A DNA stretch of 64,000 bases from Flavobacteriales bacterium (GCA_014381465.1 JACNLP010000042.1:64220-128219), one strand, 5' to 3'. Positions 46,108 through 56,125 are shown, counted from the stretch's first letter. The notes: generated by a model from the letters alone, not told the origin. Numbers and translations are program-made.

Positions 46108-46290
46108 ATGGCAAAGAAAGGAAATAGAGTTCAAGTTATTTTAGAATGTACTGAGCATAAGGCAAGCGGATTGTCAGGGACTTCTCGATACATTACAACT
46201 AAGAATAAAAAGAATACACCAGATAGAATGGAATTGAAGAAATTCAACCCTATCATGAGAAAAATGACTGTTCATAAAGAAATAAAATAA
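46108..46290 (+). CDS. rpmG: 50S ribosomal protein L33
   Basis: 60 aa. [18 protein letters not shown]...[22 protein letters not shown] is canonical L33. Confidence 0.9.
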   Translation: MAKKGNRVQVILECTEHKASGLSGTSRYITTKNKKNTPDRMELKKFNPIMRKMTVHKEIK

Positions 46291-46296
46291 AAGAAA

Positions 46297-46449
46297 ATGG
46301 CAAAGAAAACAGTAGCGTCACTGCAAAAAAAAGGAGCAAAAGCTTTTACAAAAGCTATAAAAATGGTAAAAAATGAAAAGGGTTCGTATTCATTCAAATC
46401 TGAAATTTTACCAAAAGACAAGGTAAACGATTTTTTAGCTAAAAAATAA
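46297..46449 (+). CDS. DUF4295-family small basic protein (not in ORF track)
   Basis: Hand translation gives MAKKTVASLQKKGAKAFTKAIKMVKNEKGSYSFKSEILPKDKVNDFLAKK*. It occupies the conserved position between rpmG and ftsY in Bacteroidota. Confidence 0.7.
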   Translation: MAKKTVASLQKKGAKAFTKAIKMVKNEKGSYSFKSEILPKDKVNDFLAKK

Positions 46450-46470
46450 ATTTATTTTAGGTTAAGTTTA

Positions 46471-46503
46471 AAGCTTCTTTCTATTTTTGAAAGGAGCTTT
46501 TTC
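46471..46503 (+). terminator. Intrinsic terminator after the rpmG-DUF4295 unit
   Basis: AAGCTTCTTTC (46471-81) pairs with GAAAGGAGCTT (46489-99), 11 bp with one GU, followed by TTTT. Confidence 0.6.
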
Positions 46504-46524
46504 TATTTATTAAAGCATATAATT

Positions 46525-47457
46525 ATGGGTATATTCGGTTTTTTTTCAAAAGATAAAAAAGAGAAACTTGATAAGGGTTTAGAAAAAACAAAGGAGAATG
46601 TTTTTGGTAAATTATCACGAGCAGTTGCGGGTAAATCAACTATTGATGAACTAGCGCTTGATGATATTGAGGAAGCATTAATTACCTCAGATATTGGAGT
46701 AGAAACTACTCTTAAGATTATTGAGAAATTAGAAGAAAGAGTAGCTAAGGATAAATACATAAATACTTCTGAATTAAATAGTTTTTTGAAAACTGAGATT
46801 TCATTATTAATGAAAGATAGTTATGATGAAATCCCAAAGGTAGATGGGCCTTATGTAATTATGGTAGTTGGTGTGAATGGTGTAGGAAAAACTACAACTA
46901 TTGGAAAGTTAGCTCATCAGTTTAAACAACAAGGTAAAAAAGTAGTATTAGGTGCAGCTGATACTTTTCGTGCAGCAGCAGTGGATCAGTTAGTAATTTG
47001 GGCTGATAGAGTAGAAGTTGAAATTGTAAAACAAGATATGGGTTCTGATCCAGCATCAGTTTGTTTTGATACTTTGCAGTCCGCCAAAGCAAGTGGTGCT
47101 GATGTAGTGATTATTGATACAGCAGGAAGGTTGCACAATAAAATCAATTTGATGAACGAATTGACTAAGATAAAGAATGTAATGAAAAAAGTAATCCCTG
47201 AAGCTCCACATGATGTAATGTTGGTGTTAGATGCATCAACAGGTCAAAATGCTATTGAACAGGCAGCTCAGTTTACTAAAGCAACAAAAGTAAATTCTTT
47301 GGCGCTTACCAAATTAGATGGTACTGCAAAAGGAGGGGTAGTTATTGGTATTTCTGATCAGTTTCAAATTCCTGTAAGGTATATTGGCGTAGGAGAAGGA
47401 ATGGAAGATTTACAAGTGTTTAATAAAAATGAGTTTGTGGACTCACTATTTAACTAA
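46525..47457 (+). CDS. ftsY: Signal recognition particle receptor FtsY
   Basis: 310 aa. Has GVNGVGKTTTIGKLA, DTAGR and TKLDGTAKGG motifs. Confidence 0.95.
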   Translation: MGIFGFFSKDKKEKLDKGLEKTKENVFGKLSRAVAGKSTIDELALDDIEEALITSDIGVETTLKIIEKLEERVAKDKYINTSELNSFLKTEISLLMKDSYDEIPKVDGPYVIMVVGVNGVGKTTTIGKLAHQFKQQGKKVVLGAADTFRAAAVDQLVIWADRVEVEIVKQDMGSDPASVCFDTLQSAKASGADVVIIDTAGRLHNKINLMNELTKIKNVMKKVIPEAPHDVMLVLDASTGQNAIEQAAQFTKATKVNSLALTKLDGTAKGGVVIGISDQFQIPVRYIGVGEGMEDLQVFNKNEFVDSLFN

Positions 47458-47514
47458 ACAGAAGTTAGACCGCTACGCTTTTAGATAATAGATATGATAA
47501 AAAGAAAAAATGCT

Positions 47515-47542
47515 GTCATCCTGAATGTAATGAAGGATCTCG
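47515..47542 (+). repeat. REP-like 28-nt unit (GTCATCCTGAATGTAATGAAGGATCTCG)
   Basis: 27/28 identical to the 13732 unit. Lies in the ftsY-rimO spacer. Confidence 0.7.
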
Positions 47543-47617
47543 TTTTTGAACATTTTTACAATTTAATGATTAAATAATCTATTGAGTTTTTATTCTTTCT
47601 CCTGATTCCTTTAAAAT

Positions 47618-48931
47618 ATGAGAACAAAATCAACAAAGAAAAATAAGATTAATGTCATCACATTGGGCTGCTCCAAAAATGTGTATGATTCAGAAGTGTT
47701 GATGGGGCAATTGACTGCAAATAAAATGGAGGTTGAGCATGAATCTGAAAAAGAGGATGCTAATATTGTTGTGATTAATACTTGTGGTTTTATTGATAAC
47801 GCAAAGGAAGAGTCCGTCAATACAATACTAGAACAAGCAGAGCGGAAAGAGGCAGGAATGATTGATAAACTCTATGTTACGGGTTGTCTATCAGAAAGAT
47901 ATAAGCCAGATTTAGAAAGAGATATTCCAAATGTTGATCAGTATTTTGGAACTACTGATTTGCCCAAATTATTAAAGGTTTTAGGTGCTGATTATAAGCA
48001 TGAGTTATTAGGAGAAAGGTTAACTACAACTCCTAAACACTATGCCTATTTAAAAATTGCTGATGGCTGTGATAGACCTTGTTCTTTTTGTGCAATTCCT
48101 CTTATGAGAGGGAAACATAAATCTACTCCTATTGAACAATTAGTAATTGAGGCTAAAAACTTAGCTAAAAATGGCGTTAAAGAATTAATTCTTATTGCTC
48201 AGGATTTAACTTTTTATGGTTTAGATATTTATAAAAAGAGAAGGCTAGCTGATTTGCTTATTAAGCTTTCTAAGGTTGAAGGAATAGAATGGATTCGTTT
48301 GCATTATGCTTTTCCAACAGGATTTCCGCAAGATGTATTGGATGTGATTAGAGATAATGATAAGGTGTGTAATTATATTGATATTCCTTTGCAGCATATT
48401 AATGATGAGATTTTAAAATCCATGAAAAGAGGAACTTCTCATCAGAAGACTAATGACTTGTTAAAAGCGTTTAGAGAAAAAGTGCCAAATATGGCAATTC
48501 GTACTTCTTTAATTGTGGGGTATCCTGGTGAAACTCAGGAGAGGTTTCAGGAACTAAAACAATGGGTGCAGGATACAAAGTTTGATAGACTAGGAGTATT
48601 TACTTATTCGCATGAAGAAAATACTTCTGCTCATGTTTTGGAGGATGATGTTTCTGATGAAATTAAAAAAGCAAGGCAAGAAGAAATTATGGACTTGCAA
48701 ACTCATATTTCTTGGGAATTGAATCAAAAGAAAATAGGAAAGACTTTTAAAGTATTGTTCGACCGTAAAGAAGGGGATTATTTTATTGGGCGTACTGAAT
48801 TTGACAGTCCTGATGTGGATAATGAAGTATTAATAAAAGCAACTGATACTTATATAAGAATGGGTGATTTTGCTAATGTGAAAATTGAAAAAACCGACCA
48901 TTTTGATTTGTATGGAGTAGTTGTTTCCTAA
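47618..48931 (+). CDS. rimO: Ribosomal protein S12 methylthiotransferase RimO
   Basis: 437 aa. MTTase N-domain (VITLGCSKN...NTCGF), radical-SAM CSFCAIPLMRG, and a C-terminal TRAM domain. Confidence 0.9.
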   Translation: MRTKSTKKNKINVITLGCSKNVYDSEVLMGQLTANKMEVEHESEKEDANIVVINTCGFIDNAKEESVNTILEQAERKEAGMIDKLYVTGCLSERYKPDLERDIPNVDQYFGTTDLPKLLKVLGADYKHELLGERLTTTPKHYAYLKIADGCDRPCSFCAIPLMRGKHKSTPIEQLVIEAKNLAKNGVKELILIAQDLTFYGLDIYKKRRLADLLIKLSKVEGIEWIRLHYAFPTGFPQDVLDVIRDNDKVCNYIDIPLQHINDEILKSMKRGTSHQKTNDLLKAFREKVPNMAIRTSLIVGYPGETQERFQELKQWVQDTKFDRLGVFTYSHEENTSAHVLEDDVSDEIKKARQEEIMDLQTHISWELNQKKIGKTFKVLFDRKEGDYFIGRTEFDSPDVDNEVLIKATDTYIRMGDFANVKIEKTDHFDLYGVVVS

Positions 48932-49839
48932 AAATCCCTCACCAACATAACAGAATAAGCATATTTATTAGCCAACTGATTGCCGTGCAAGTAGCGGTAA
49001 ATTGGGAAGTCTCCTAGTACAGAAAGATTCCATTTTTGGGCAATGGTATAATTAATTTGAGGAGCAATATACAATTGAGAACCCCCAGTAGTAATCATTT
49101 CTATTTCTCCCCAATTGTCTTTTTGTTTGTATTCTCCTCTAAGCTGCAGTATTCCCATCCAATTTTGGTTGATGGATTTTGCAGCAAACAATGAACTGTA
49201 ATAGGCATTTCCGTAACGATAGGATTCTACATTATAACCATTTGTTTCTAGTCGGTTAATCAAAAATAAATGCCACCCACTTTTAATGAATCCTTTGTAC
49301 AAAAAAGTTTGAGCCACCAAACCATAAGCCATTGTAGAGGGTTGAATATCTAGTGGTAAAGGAATATCATCTTCCATTTTATATTCTTGCGAAAAAGGTA
49401 TTTTACCACCTAATGATGCCGTAAATTCTACTTCATTAGTTGTGTGTTTGTAGAGTTGCGTTTTTACAGAAATTACGATATTACTGAGTCCAGAAGTAGT
49501 TTTTGTAGAACTCTTGTCGGCAGCATCTACTAAATATTGTGTTTTGTGCAGAAAATAACCTAACTCTGCTTCTACATTTATTTTTTCAGCCAAACCATAA
49601 CTAATGGTGCTTCCGAAAAAACTAAAATCGGCTTCTTTCAAATTCATCATGTTTTCCACAGGCTCACTACCACTATAACGGGTATCGGAAAAACTATAAC
49701 GATAATAGGAAATAGTCCGTAAAGTATTTTCAGGCACAATACCCATATTGGTAGAGCCGCCCACAGGATTTCCTGGTGAACAACATTGGCTCAATCCTAC
49801 AATTGGAAGACTTAGTAAAAGAATAATCAGATAACGCAC
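48928..49839 (-). CDS. Predicted outer-membrane beta-barrel (transporter/MetA-phenol-degradation-like) with N-terminal Cys-Cys
   Basis: 303 aa. Signal peptide, mature N-terminus QCCSPGNPVGG, alternating aromatic/polar beta-strand pattern, and a C-terminal ...YSVMLVRDF. Last gene of the mer-like operon. Confidence 0.5.
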   Translation of the reverse strand: MRYLIILLLSLPIVGLSQCCSPGNPVGGSTNMGIVPENTLRTISYYRYSFSDTRYSGSEPVENMMNLKEADFSFFGSTISYGLAEKINVEAELGYFLHKTQYLVDAADKSSTKTTSGLSNIVISVKTQLYKHTTNEVEFTASLGGKIPFSQEYKMEDDIPLPLDIQPSTMAYGLVAQTFLYKGFIKSGWHLFLINRLETNGYNVESYRYGNAYYSSLFAAKSINQNWMGILQLRGEYKQKDNWGEIEMITTGGSQLYIAPQINYTIAQKWNLSVLGDFPIYRYLHGNQLANKYAYSVMLVRDF

Positions 49840-49840
49840 C

Positions 49841-50323
49841 TTATTTTTGCTTGATGTATTTCACCCCATTTTGGATGTAGAAAGTTCCGATAGGTAAAGT
49901 ATTTAAATCTTTTATTTCTTTTCCCAAAAGGTCAAAAATCCTGTTATCCATTTCTTTTGCGCCATTAATATTTTCAATTCCGGAAATAGTTTGTGTATAA
50001 ATAACTCCAGTTGAACCACTATTGAAATCAAGGTGTAAATAAGTTCCTTCTACATTTATAACTACACTATAAATGCAGGAAGAGCAAGTAAAAGAGTAGT
50101 TCCAAGTATTTCCACCACTTGGAACGGAAGTTGTTTCAGAATAATGTATTCCATTTGCAGTATTCAAATTCAGGCTGAATTCGACAATATCATTCACCTC
50201 TACTAATAGAGAATCCTTTGAAAAACCATTACCCCCTACTTGTATGTAATGGGTAGTTTGTGCATTTACAGTTGCTACTAGAAATAGTAGTGCAATGAAA
50301 ATTGTTTGTTTAATTGTTTTCAT
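49841..50323 (-). CDS. Small secreted protein with T9SS type-A C-terminal tail and CxxC
   Basis: 160 aa. Signal peptide MKTIKQTIFIALLFLVATVNAQ, FTCSSCIY, and the tail ...NRIFDLLGKEIKDLNTLPIGTFYIQNGVKYIKQK. The N-domain is vaguely cupredoxin-like (weak). Confidence 0.5.
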   Translation of the reverse strand: MKTIKQTIFIALLFLVATVNAQTTHYIQVGGNGFSKDSLLVEVNDIVEFSLNLNTANGIHYSETTSVPSGGNTWNYSFTCSSCIYSVVINVEGTYLHLDFNSGSTGVIYTQTISGIENINGAKEMDNRIFDLLGKEIKDLNTLPIGTFYIQNGVKYIKQK

Positions 50324-50345
50324 AATTTTATGTTTTTAGTTAGTA

Positions 50346-50573
50346 TTAACAGCAATTATCACTACACGCTTTTGGGTCTAATTGAATAGGAGGACAAGGT
50401 ATTGTTCCGTAAGAACAATAGACACAACAATCATCATTTATTGGTTTGAGAATTTCTTTACAGCCCTTACACTCATAAAACCATTGGCAAGAATCGGTTG
50501 GCATGATTTCTGTTTCTTTATGCCCACATTTTGGACAACAAATCTCTGAGTTTAATTCTACTTTATTGTTCAT
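50346..50573 (-). CDS. GDCCVxC-domain protein (mer-operon-associated Cys-rich zinc-ribbon-like protein)
   Basis: 75 aa. Has ICCPKCGHKE...CQWFYECKGCKEILKP...DDCCVYCSYG. Confidence 0.7.
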   Translation of the reverse strand: MNNKVELNSEICCPKCGHKETEIMPTDSCQWFYECKGCKEILKPINDDCCVYCSYGTIPCPPIQLDPKACSDNCC

Positions 50574-51150
50574 CTTTTATCCCTATTACTTTAAAACTTG
50601 TTTTTTTACTGATTACTTTTTTGATTTTCTTCAATGTTAATTGCTCATTATCATAAACGATAGTTGCTGTACCTTCTTTTGCTGATGAGGAGCAACTTAT
50701 CACCCCTTTTGTATTGTTGAGTGCATGGTTGATGTGGTTTTCACAAGAGCCACAAGTCATTCCTTCAATGCTTAGTACTACTTTGCTGCTGTCTTCTGAA
50801 AATACACCTTGCTCTATTGGTGTATTATCATAAAAATTTCCTGAGAATGAAGGAAAGGATAACATGCCAATGGCAAAAATGCTTATGATAGTTAAAAAGG
50901 TTTTTGTTTCCATAAAATTGGTTTTTTGATTTATACAACAGTCTTTCTGTGGTTTTAGTTTTTGATACCAAGCATAGCCCAATACTAGTATTGTGAACCC
51001 TATTAAATAGGGACGAAACGGTTCCATCCAACTTAGATTGGTGGCTGCTCCAGTTCCTCCTGCAATAAGGGCTAAAAGCGGAACAATACAGCAAAGGGAA
51101 GAGGCAATGGCTGCAACTATTCCCGATCCTATTAGTGTCTTTTCTTTCAT
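50563..51150 (-). CDS. MerTP-like mercuric/thiophilic-metal transport protein (MerT-like membrane domain + HMA domain)
   Basis: 195 aa. IASSLCCIVPLLALIAGG...LSWMEPFRPYLIGFTILVLGYAWYQKL matches flavobacterial MerTP. C-terminal HMA LSIEGMTCGSCENHINHAL. Confidence 0.75.
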   Translation of the reverse strand: MKEKTLIGSGIVAAIASSLCCIVPLLALIAGGTGAATNLSWMEPFRPYLIGFTILVLGYAWYQKLKPQKDCCINQKTNFMETKTFLTIISIFAIGMLSFPSFSGNFYDNTPIEQGVFSEDSSKVVLSIEGMTCGSCENHINHALNNTKGVISCSSSAKEGTATIVYDNEQLTLKKIKKVISKKTSFKVIGIKDEQ

Positions 51151-51536
51151 TATATAGCGATTGATTTTAACACTTCCCCTTTTTCAATGCGCTTAAAAAT
51201 ATCCTTAAAAAGATCCGCAAATTCAGCCGTTAAGTAATAATGAATAAGTGTTCCTTTTTTTATACCGTTTATAATACCTCTGTCTTTCATCTTTCGCAAA
51301 TGTTGCGAGATGGCAGGAGCTTTCATAGCTAGTATATCACTCATGTCACAGACGCATAAGTTTGTATGCTGATTGAGTAAATACAAGATTTTTAATCGCA
51401 CATTATTCCCCACTAAATCAAGGGCGCTTGCCATTAAATTAAGGTTATTTTCTACTGCATCAATTTGTTTTTTGCAATCATCAATCTGCTCCAAATTGGC
51501 AAATGCTCTAATGCAATTTTCTGCTTTTGTTTTCAT
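51150..51536 (-). CDS. ArsR/SmtB-family metalloregulator
   Basis: 128 aa. Winged HTH with the alpha3 metal site NLCVCDMSDIL and recognition helix ISQHLRKMKDRG. TAATG overlap with the MerTP gene. Confidence 0.8.
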   Translation of the reverse strand: MKTKAENCIRAFANLEQIDDCKKQIDAVENNLNLMASALDLVGNNVRLKILYLLNQHTNLCVCDMSDILAMKAPAISQHLRKMKDRGIINGIKKGTLIHYYLTAEFADLFKDIFKRIEKGEVLKSIAI

Positions 51537-51540
51537 AATG

Positions 51541-51548
51541 CAAATGTA
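51541..51548 (-). promoter_or_regulatory. Candidate -7 box TACATTTG for the ArsR-led operon, leaderless geometry
   Basis: The minus strand reads TACATTTG-CATT-ATG, with 4 nt between the box and the start at 51536. Confidence 0.45.
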
Positions 51549-51552
51549 TATA

Positions 51553-51568
51553 AAATAATTTATTATTT
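51553..51568. promoter_or_regulatory. Candidate operator: perfect 7-2-7 palindrome AAATAAT-TT-ATTATTT
   Basis: Lies immediately upstream of the putative -7 box of the ArsR operon, in the arsR/bshC divergent spacer. AT-rich, so a chance occurrence is possible. Confidence 0.3.
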
Positions 51569-51631
51569 AAGCAAATACTTAAATATATTTTTGTTTATAT
51601 CAATAGTTAATACTATCTACTGCTTTTTGTA

Positions 51632-51639
51632 TATTTTTG
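51632..51639 (+). promoter_or_regulatory. Candidate -7 box TATTTTTG for bshC
   Basis: TAnnTTTG match 5 nt before the ATG at 51645 and 14 nt before the ATG at 51654. Confidence 0.45.
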
Positions 51640-51644
51640 CCAAG

Positions 51645-53177
51645 ATGAGAAGGATGAAAATTCCACATAAAAATACCAATAGTTTTTCAAAATTAGTTTT
51701 GGATTACTTGAATAAAGATGAGAAACTAAACTCTTTTGTTAATCATTTTCCATCTATTGAAAATTTTGAAAAGCAAATAAACGAAAAGCAGAATCATCCT
51801 GTAAATAGAAGTGTATTGGTTGAGGTTTTAAAAGAGCAAAACGCTAATTTTTCACTTTCAGAAAAAACGAAAAATAATATTGAGTCTCTTCTAAATGAGA
51901 ATACTTTTTCCATAACCACAGGGCATCAGTTGTGTTTGTTTACAGGGCCTTTATATTTTATTTACAAAATAATTTCTACTCTTAACTTATCAGAACAATT
52001 ACAAGAAAAGTATCCTAATAATAATTTTATTCCTGTTTTTTGGATGGCTACTGAAGACCATGATTTTAAGGAGATAAATCACATCAATTTATTTGGTAAA
52101 AAGATAGTTTGGGATAGTAAGCAAAGTGGCGGGGTTGGAAAAATGAGTTTGAGGGGCGTTGAAAGCGTCTTAACTGAGCTAAAATCAATATTAGGAAATT
52201 CAGAAAATGCGGATAAATTAATCTCTCTTTTTGAAAAAACATATTTAAAACATAATAATTTAGCTGATGCCACTCGCTATTTGGTAAATGAATTGTTTGG
52301 AAAAAATGGTTTAGTGATATTGGATGGGGATGACAAAAGATTTAAAAAGCAATTTATTCCAATTATTAAAAAGGATATTTTAGTGCAAGGATTTGAAAAA
52401 ACAATAACTGAATGCAGTAATGATTTAGCTGTAAATTATAAAACCCAAGCATTTGTTCGTTCAATCAATTTTTTCAGGCTATCTGATGGGAGCAGGGAAT
52501 TGATTAAAGGAGGTACTGATGAAAAAGAAATAGCTGAAAAGCCAGAAAAATTTAGCCCAAATGTGCTAATGCGCCCATTGTATCAAGAAATAATTTTGCC
52601 AAATATTGCTTATATTGGAGGTGGAGCAGAGGTGGCTTACTGGATGCAACTAAAAACTGCTTTTAAACAAGAGGAAATTCCATTTCCCATTTTGGTTTTG
52701 CGTAATTCAGCAATCTTATTAAATGAAAAGCAGATGCTAAAACTTAATAAATTAGGTATTGAAGTTGAAGATTTATTTTTAGAAGAAACAGAATTACACA
52801 AACAATATATTTTATCAGAAGCATCTTCTAAATTTTCTTTGGAAAAAGAAAAGAAAGAATTAGAGAAATTATTTTCAAAATTATTGAATAAAACAACAGA
52901 TAAAAGTTTGCAATCTACCATAAAAGCAGAACAACAAAAGCAGTTGAAATCATTCCAGAAAATGGAACAAAAGCTATTGAAATTTGAAAAGAAAAAACAT
53001 GAATCTGCACTGCAGCAAATCTCTAAATTAAAATCAAATTTATTTCCAAATAATTCTTTGCAGGAACGCTTTGATAATTTTATTCCTTATTATTTAAAAG
53101 ATGGGGAAAACTTTATTGAAATGTTAAAAGATAATTTTGACCCTCTAGATACAAATTTTGTAGTTTTGTCGCACTAA
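51645..53177 (+). CDS. bshC: Bacillithiol biosynthesis cysteine-adding enzyme BshC
   Basis: About 510 aa from [41 protein letters not shown]... (alternative start 51654). Has [18 protein letters not shown] and GGGAEVAYW motifs and a C-terminal coiled coil. The track's 51465 start runs through the divergent promoter region. Confidence 0.8.
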   Translation: MRRMKIPHKNTNSFSKLVLDYLNKDEKLNSFVNHFPSIENFEKQINEKQNHPVNRSVLVEVLKEQNANFSLSEKTKNNIESLLNENTFSITTGHQLCLFTGPLYFIYKIISTLNLSEQLQEKYPNNNFIPVFWMATEDHDFKEINHINLFGKKIVWDSKQSGGVGKMSLRGVESVLTELKSILGNSENADKLISLFEKTYLKHNNLADATRYLVNELFGKNGLVILDGDDKRFKKQFIPIIKKDILVQGFEKTITECSNDLAVNYKTQAFVRSINFFRLSDGSRELIKGGTDEKEIAEKPEKFSPNVLMRPLYQEIILPNIAYIGGGAEVAYWMQLKTAFKQEEIPFPILVLRNSAILLNEKQMLKLNKLGIEVEDLFLEETELHKQYILSEASSKFSLEKEKKELEKLFSKLLNKTTDKSLQSTIKAEQQKQLKSFQKMEQKLLKFEKKKHESALQQISKLKSNLFPNNSLQERFDNFIPYYLKDGENFIEMLKDNFDPLDTNFVVLSH

Positions 53178-53190
53178 AAATAACCGCTTA

Positions 53191-54726
53191 ATGCAACACG
53201 AAAAAATACTAATTTTAGATTTTGGATCGCAATATACTCAGCTTATTGCTAGAAGAGTAAGGGAATTAAATATATATTCAGAGATTCATCCTTTCAATAA
53301 AATGCCTGAGATTGATGGCAGTTGGAAAGCAGTAATTTTATCAGGTTCACCTCATTCTGTTCGTGAAGAAAACGCTCCTATACCTGATTTAAGTGCTATT
53401 AAAGGTAAGTTGCCTTTACTTGGTGTTTGTTATGGCGCACAGCATTTGGCTCATGAGTTTGGTGGTGAGGTTTTGCCGTCTAATACAAGGGAATATGGCA
53501 GGGCAAACCTTTCATTTGTTGCTACTGAAAGTCATTTAATGAAAGGAGTTTCAGCCGACTCTCAAGTTTGGATGAGCCATGGAGATACAATAGCAACTAT
53601 ACCTGATAATTATAAAGTTGTTGCATCAACAAATGATGTAAAAGTTGCTGCTTATGAAATTGAAGATGAGCAAACTTATGCCTTACAATTTCATCCTGAG
53701 GTTTATCATTCAAAAGATGGTAGTACTATTCTAAAGAATTTTTTAGTTGATATTTGTGGTTTTTCACAAGACTGGACTCCTGCAACTTTTGTTGATGAAA
53801 CAGTTGCTGAATTGAAAGAAAAAATTGGAGATGATAAAGTTGTTCTTGGTCTTTCTGGTGGTGTAGATTCTACTGTTGCGGCTGTACTTTTAAATAAGGC
53901 AATAGGTGAAAATTTATATTGCATTTTTGTAGATAATGGGCTTTTAAGAAAGGATGAATTTGAAAGTGTTTTGGAACAATACAAAGGAATGGGATTAAAT
54001 GTAAAAGGGGTGAATGCAAAAGATCGTTTCTATGATGTGTTAGCTGGATTATCTGATCCTGAGAAAAAGCGTAAAGCAATTGGTAATAAATTTATTGATG
54101 TTTTTGATGATGAGGCACACAAAATAAAAGATGTAAAATGGTTGGCACAAGGTACAATTTACCCTGATGTTATTGAATCAGTTTCAGCAACTGGAGGGCC
54201 GTCTCAGACTATTAAATCCCACCATAATGTTGGTGGTTTACCTGATTATATGAAACTTAAAATTGTTGAGCCATTAAATACTTTATTTAAAGATGAGGTG
54301 AGAAGAATTGGTCATTCTTTATCAATTGATAAGGAAATTTTAGGAAGACATCCTTTTCCTGGCCCTGGTTTAGCAATTCGTATTTTAGGAGATATTACAA
54401 AAGAAAAAGTTAGAATCTTACAAGAAGTAGATCATATTTTTATTTCTTCATTAAAGTCATCAGGCTTGTATGATAAAGTATGGCAAGCAGGTGCAATATT
54501 TTTACCTGTTCAATCTGTTGGTGTAATGGGAGATGAGCGTACTTATGAAAATGCTGTTGCATTAAGAGCAGTTGAATCAACTGATGGTATGACAGCTGAT
54601 TGGGTGCATTTGCCCTATGATTTTTTAGCAAAAGTTTCTAATGATATTATCAATAAAGTAAAAGGAATTAACCGTGTGGTCTATGATATTTCATCAAAGC
54701 CACCAGCAACTATTGAATGGGAATAA
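53191..54726 (+). CDS. guaA: GMP synthase (glutamine-hydrolysing)
   Basis: 511 aa. GATase (GVCYGAQ), PP-loop [11 protein letters not shown], and the C-terminal ...PPATIEWE. Confidence 0.97.
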   Translation: MQHEKILILDFGSQYTQLIARRVRELNIYSEIHPFNKMPEIDGSWKAVILSGSPHSVREENAPIPDLSAIKGKLPLLGVCYGAQHLAHEFGGEVLPSNTREYGRANLSFVATESHLMKGVSADSQVWMSHGDTIATIPDNYKVVASTNDVKVAAYEIEDEQTYALQFHPEVYHSKDGSTILKNFLVDICGFSQDWTPATFVDETVAELKEKIGDDKVVLGLSGGVDSTVAAVLLNKAIGENLYCIFVDNGLLRKDEFESVLEQYKGMGLNVKGVNAKDRFYDVLAGLSDPEKKRKAIGNKFIDVFDDEAHKIKDVKWLAQGTIYPDVIESVSATGGPSQTIKSHHNVGGLPDYMKLKIVEPLNTLFKDEVRRIGHSLSIDKEILGRHPFPGPGLAIRILGDITKEKVRILQEVDHIFISSLKSSGLYDKVWQAGAIFLPVQSVGVMGDERTYENAVALRAVESTDGMTADWVHLPYDFLAKVSNDIINKVKGINRVVYDISSKPPATIEWE

Positions 54727-56057
54727 TAAAGAAAATAGTAATTGCTTTATTAATGGTTTTTGTTGTAAGTTTATCAGCACAAACTCAGAACGACAGCTTG
54801 CTTATCAAAGGCAAAATGTATATTCAGCATACGGTAAAACCAACTGAAACATATAAGATTATTTCAAAAAAATACAATGTAAGTATTAATGATTTAAAAT
54901 CTAGTAATAAGAATGTGAAACTATATTTTAATCAGCAATTACTGGTTCCTGTGAAATCTACTTTTTCTGAAAGAATATTATTTAAAAGCAGACAATTAGA
55001 AAGTACTTCTATAATAGGGGTGAAAAAGCAATCAGACACATTAAACATTGCTTTATTATTTCCATTTTACACTACAAAAAATGATTCTCTTTTATCTTTC
55101 TTGGCAAAATCTCAGCAATTGAAAGAAGATGTTTACAAAAAATCATATATGGCTCTCAGCTTCTTGGAAGGCGTAATTATAGCAATAGATTCTCTTAGTA
55201 AAACGGGAATGAAAATTAATTTATTTGTATATGATACTGAAAATGACACATCAAAAGTACAGCAAATAATAGCTGAGGAAAAACTTAAAAATATAGATTT
55301 GATTATAGGTCCAGCTTATCAAAAGAACTTATTAATAGTTGCAAAAGAGTATGGAAAAAATAGTGATAAAACTATTGTGTCTCCACTTTCAAAAAACAGT
55401 AATGTTTTAAAGTATGGAAGTAATATTTATCAAATTATTCCTCCTGAAAAAGTGCAAATCAAAAACATTTCTGATTACATATCAGAAAAATATAAAGATG
55501 AAAGAATTTTAATTCTTGCTCAAAAAAAGAATGAAAAACATGCAAAGGAATACAAAAAGGTTTTTAGGAAAAATAAAAGAAGGGTAAAAATTCGTTTGTT
55601 TGATGGATTTACTGATATTACAAAAGACACTATTTGCACTTTTTTAAGTAATAATAAATATATTGTTTTAATTCCATCTACCGATAGGTCTTTTGTATCT
55701 AAAATAATTCCAGTTTTAGGCACAATTGATACAAATATGACAGTATTTGGTTTGTATAATTGGGGCTCATTTGAAAATTTAGATATAGAGACCTTAATGA
55801 AATTAAATGTGCATTTTCCTAATCCTTATTTCTTTGATTATGAAAATAAGTTAAATAAAAGATTTGTTATGCTTTTTAAAGATAAATTTAGTGAGCTACC
55901 AGATAAATATGCGCAACTTGCATTTGCTGAATGTTTGTATTTCTGCACAAATAAAGGGGATTATAAATTTAAGAAGTATTATCAAAGAGGGGGGAAGCTG
56001 AATTATAATTTACCACTTGTAAAGTATTCTGATTACTCTATTAAAAAAGTTGATTAA
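54717..56057 (+). CDS. LysM domain protein with periplasmic-binding-protein (type 1)-like domain
   Basis: 446 aa with a signal peptide. LysM ([31 protein letters not shown]...LLVP), then a PBP1-like region (LLFPFY...IIGPAY). Confidence 0.65.
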   Translation: MGIIKKIVIALLMVFVVSLSAQTQNDSLLIKGKMYIQHTVKPTETYKIISKKYNVSINDLKSSNKNVKLYFNQQLLVPVKSTFSERILFKSRQLESTSIIGVKKQSDTLNIALLFPFYTTKNDSLLSFLAKSQQLKEDVYKKSYMALSFLEGVIIAIDSLSKTGMKINLFVYDTENDTSKVQQIIAEEKLKNIDLIIGPAYQKNLLIVAKEYGKNSDKTIVSPLSKNSNVLKYGSNIYQIIPPEKVQIKNISDYISEKYKDERILILAQKKNEKHAKEYKKVFRKNKRRVKIRLFDGFTDITKDTICTFLSNNKYIVLIPSTDRSFVSKIIPVLGTIDTNMTVFGLYNWGSFENLDIETLMKLNVHFPNPYFFDYENKLNKRFVMLFKDKFSELPDKYAQLAFAECLYFCTNKGDYKFKKYYQRGGKLNYNLPLVKYSDYSIKKVD

Positions 56058-56099
56058 CAACTATTTGTAAAACTCATTGATTCTAAACTGATTATTTTC

Positions 56100-56107
56100 T
56101 ATCTTTG
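56100..56107 (+). promoter_or_regulatory. Candidate -7 box TATCTTTG
   Basis: TAnnTTTG match 18 nt upstream of the ATG at 56126. Confidence 0.35.
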
Positions 56108-56125
56108 TAGAAACAAGTTTGTTGC

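Noticed and set aside
49841-50323. Calling the small T9SS protein in the metal operon a cupredoxin/plastocyanin.
   Set aside because: There is only a vague beta-sandwich-like pattern. The type-1 copper ligand set (H, C, H, M in canonical spacing) is not visible, so it is kept as 'unknown, CxxC-containing'.
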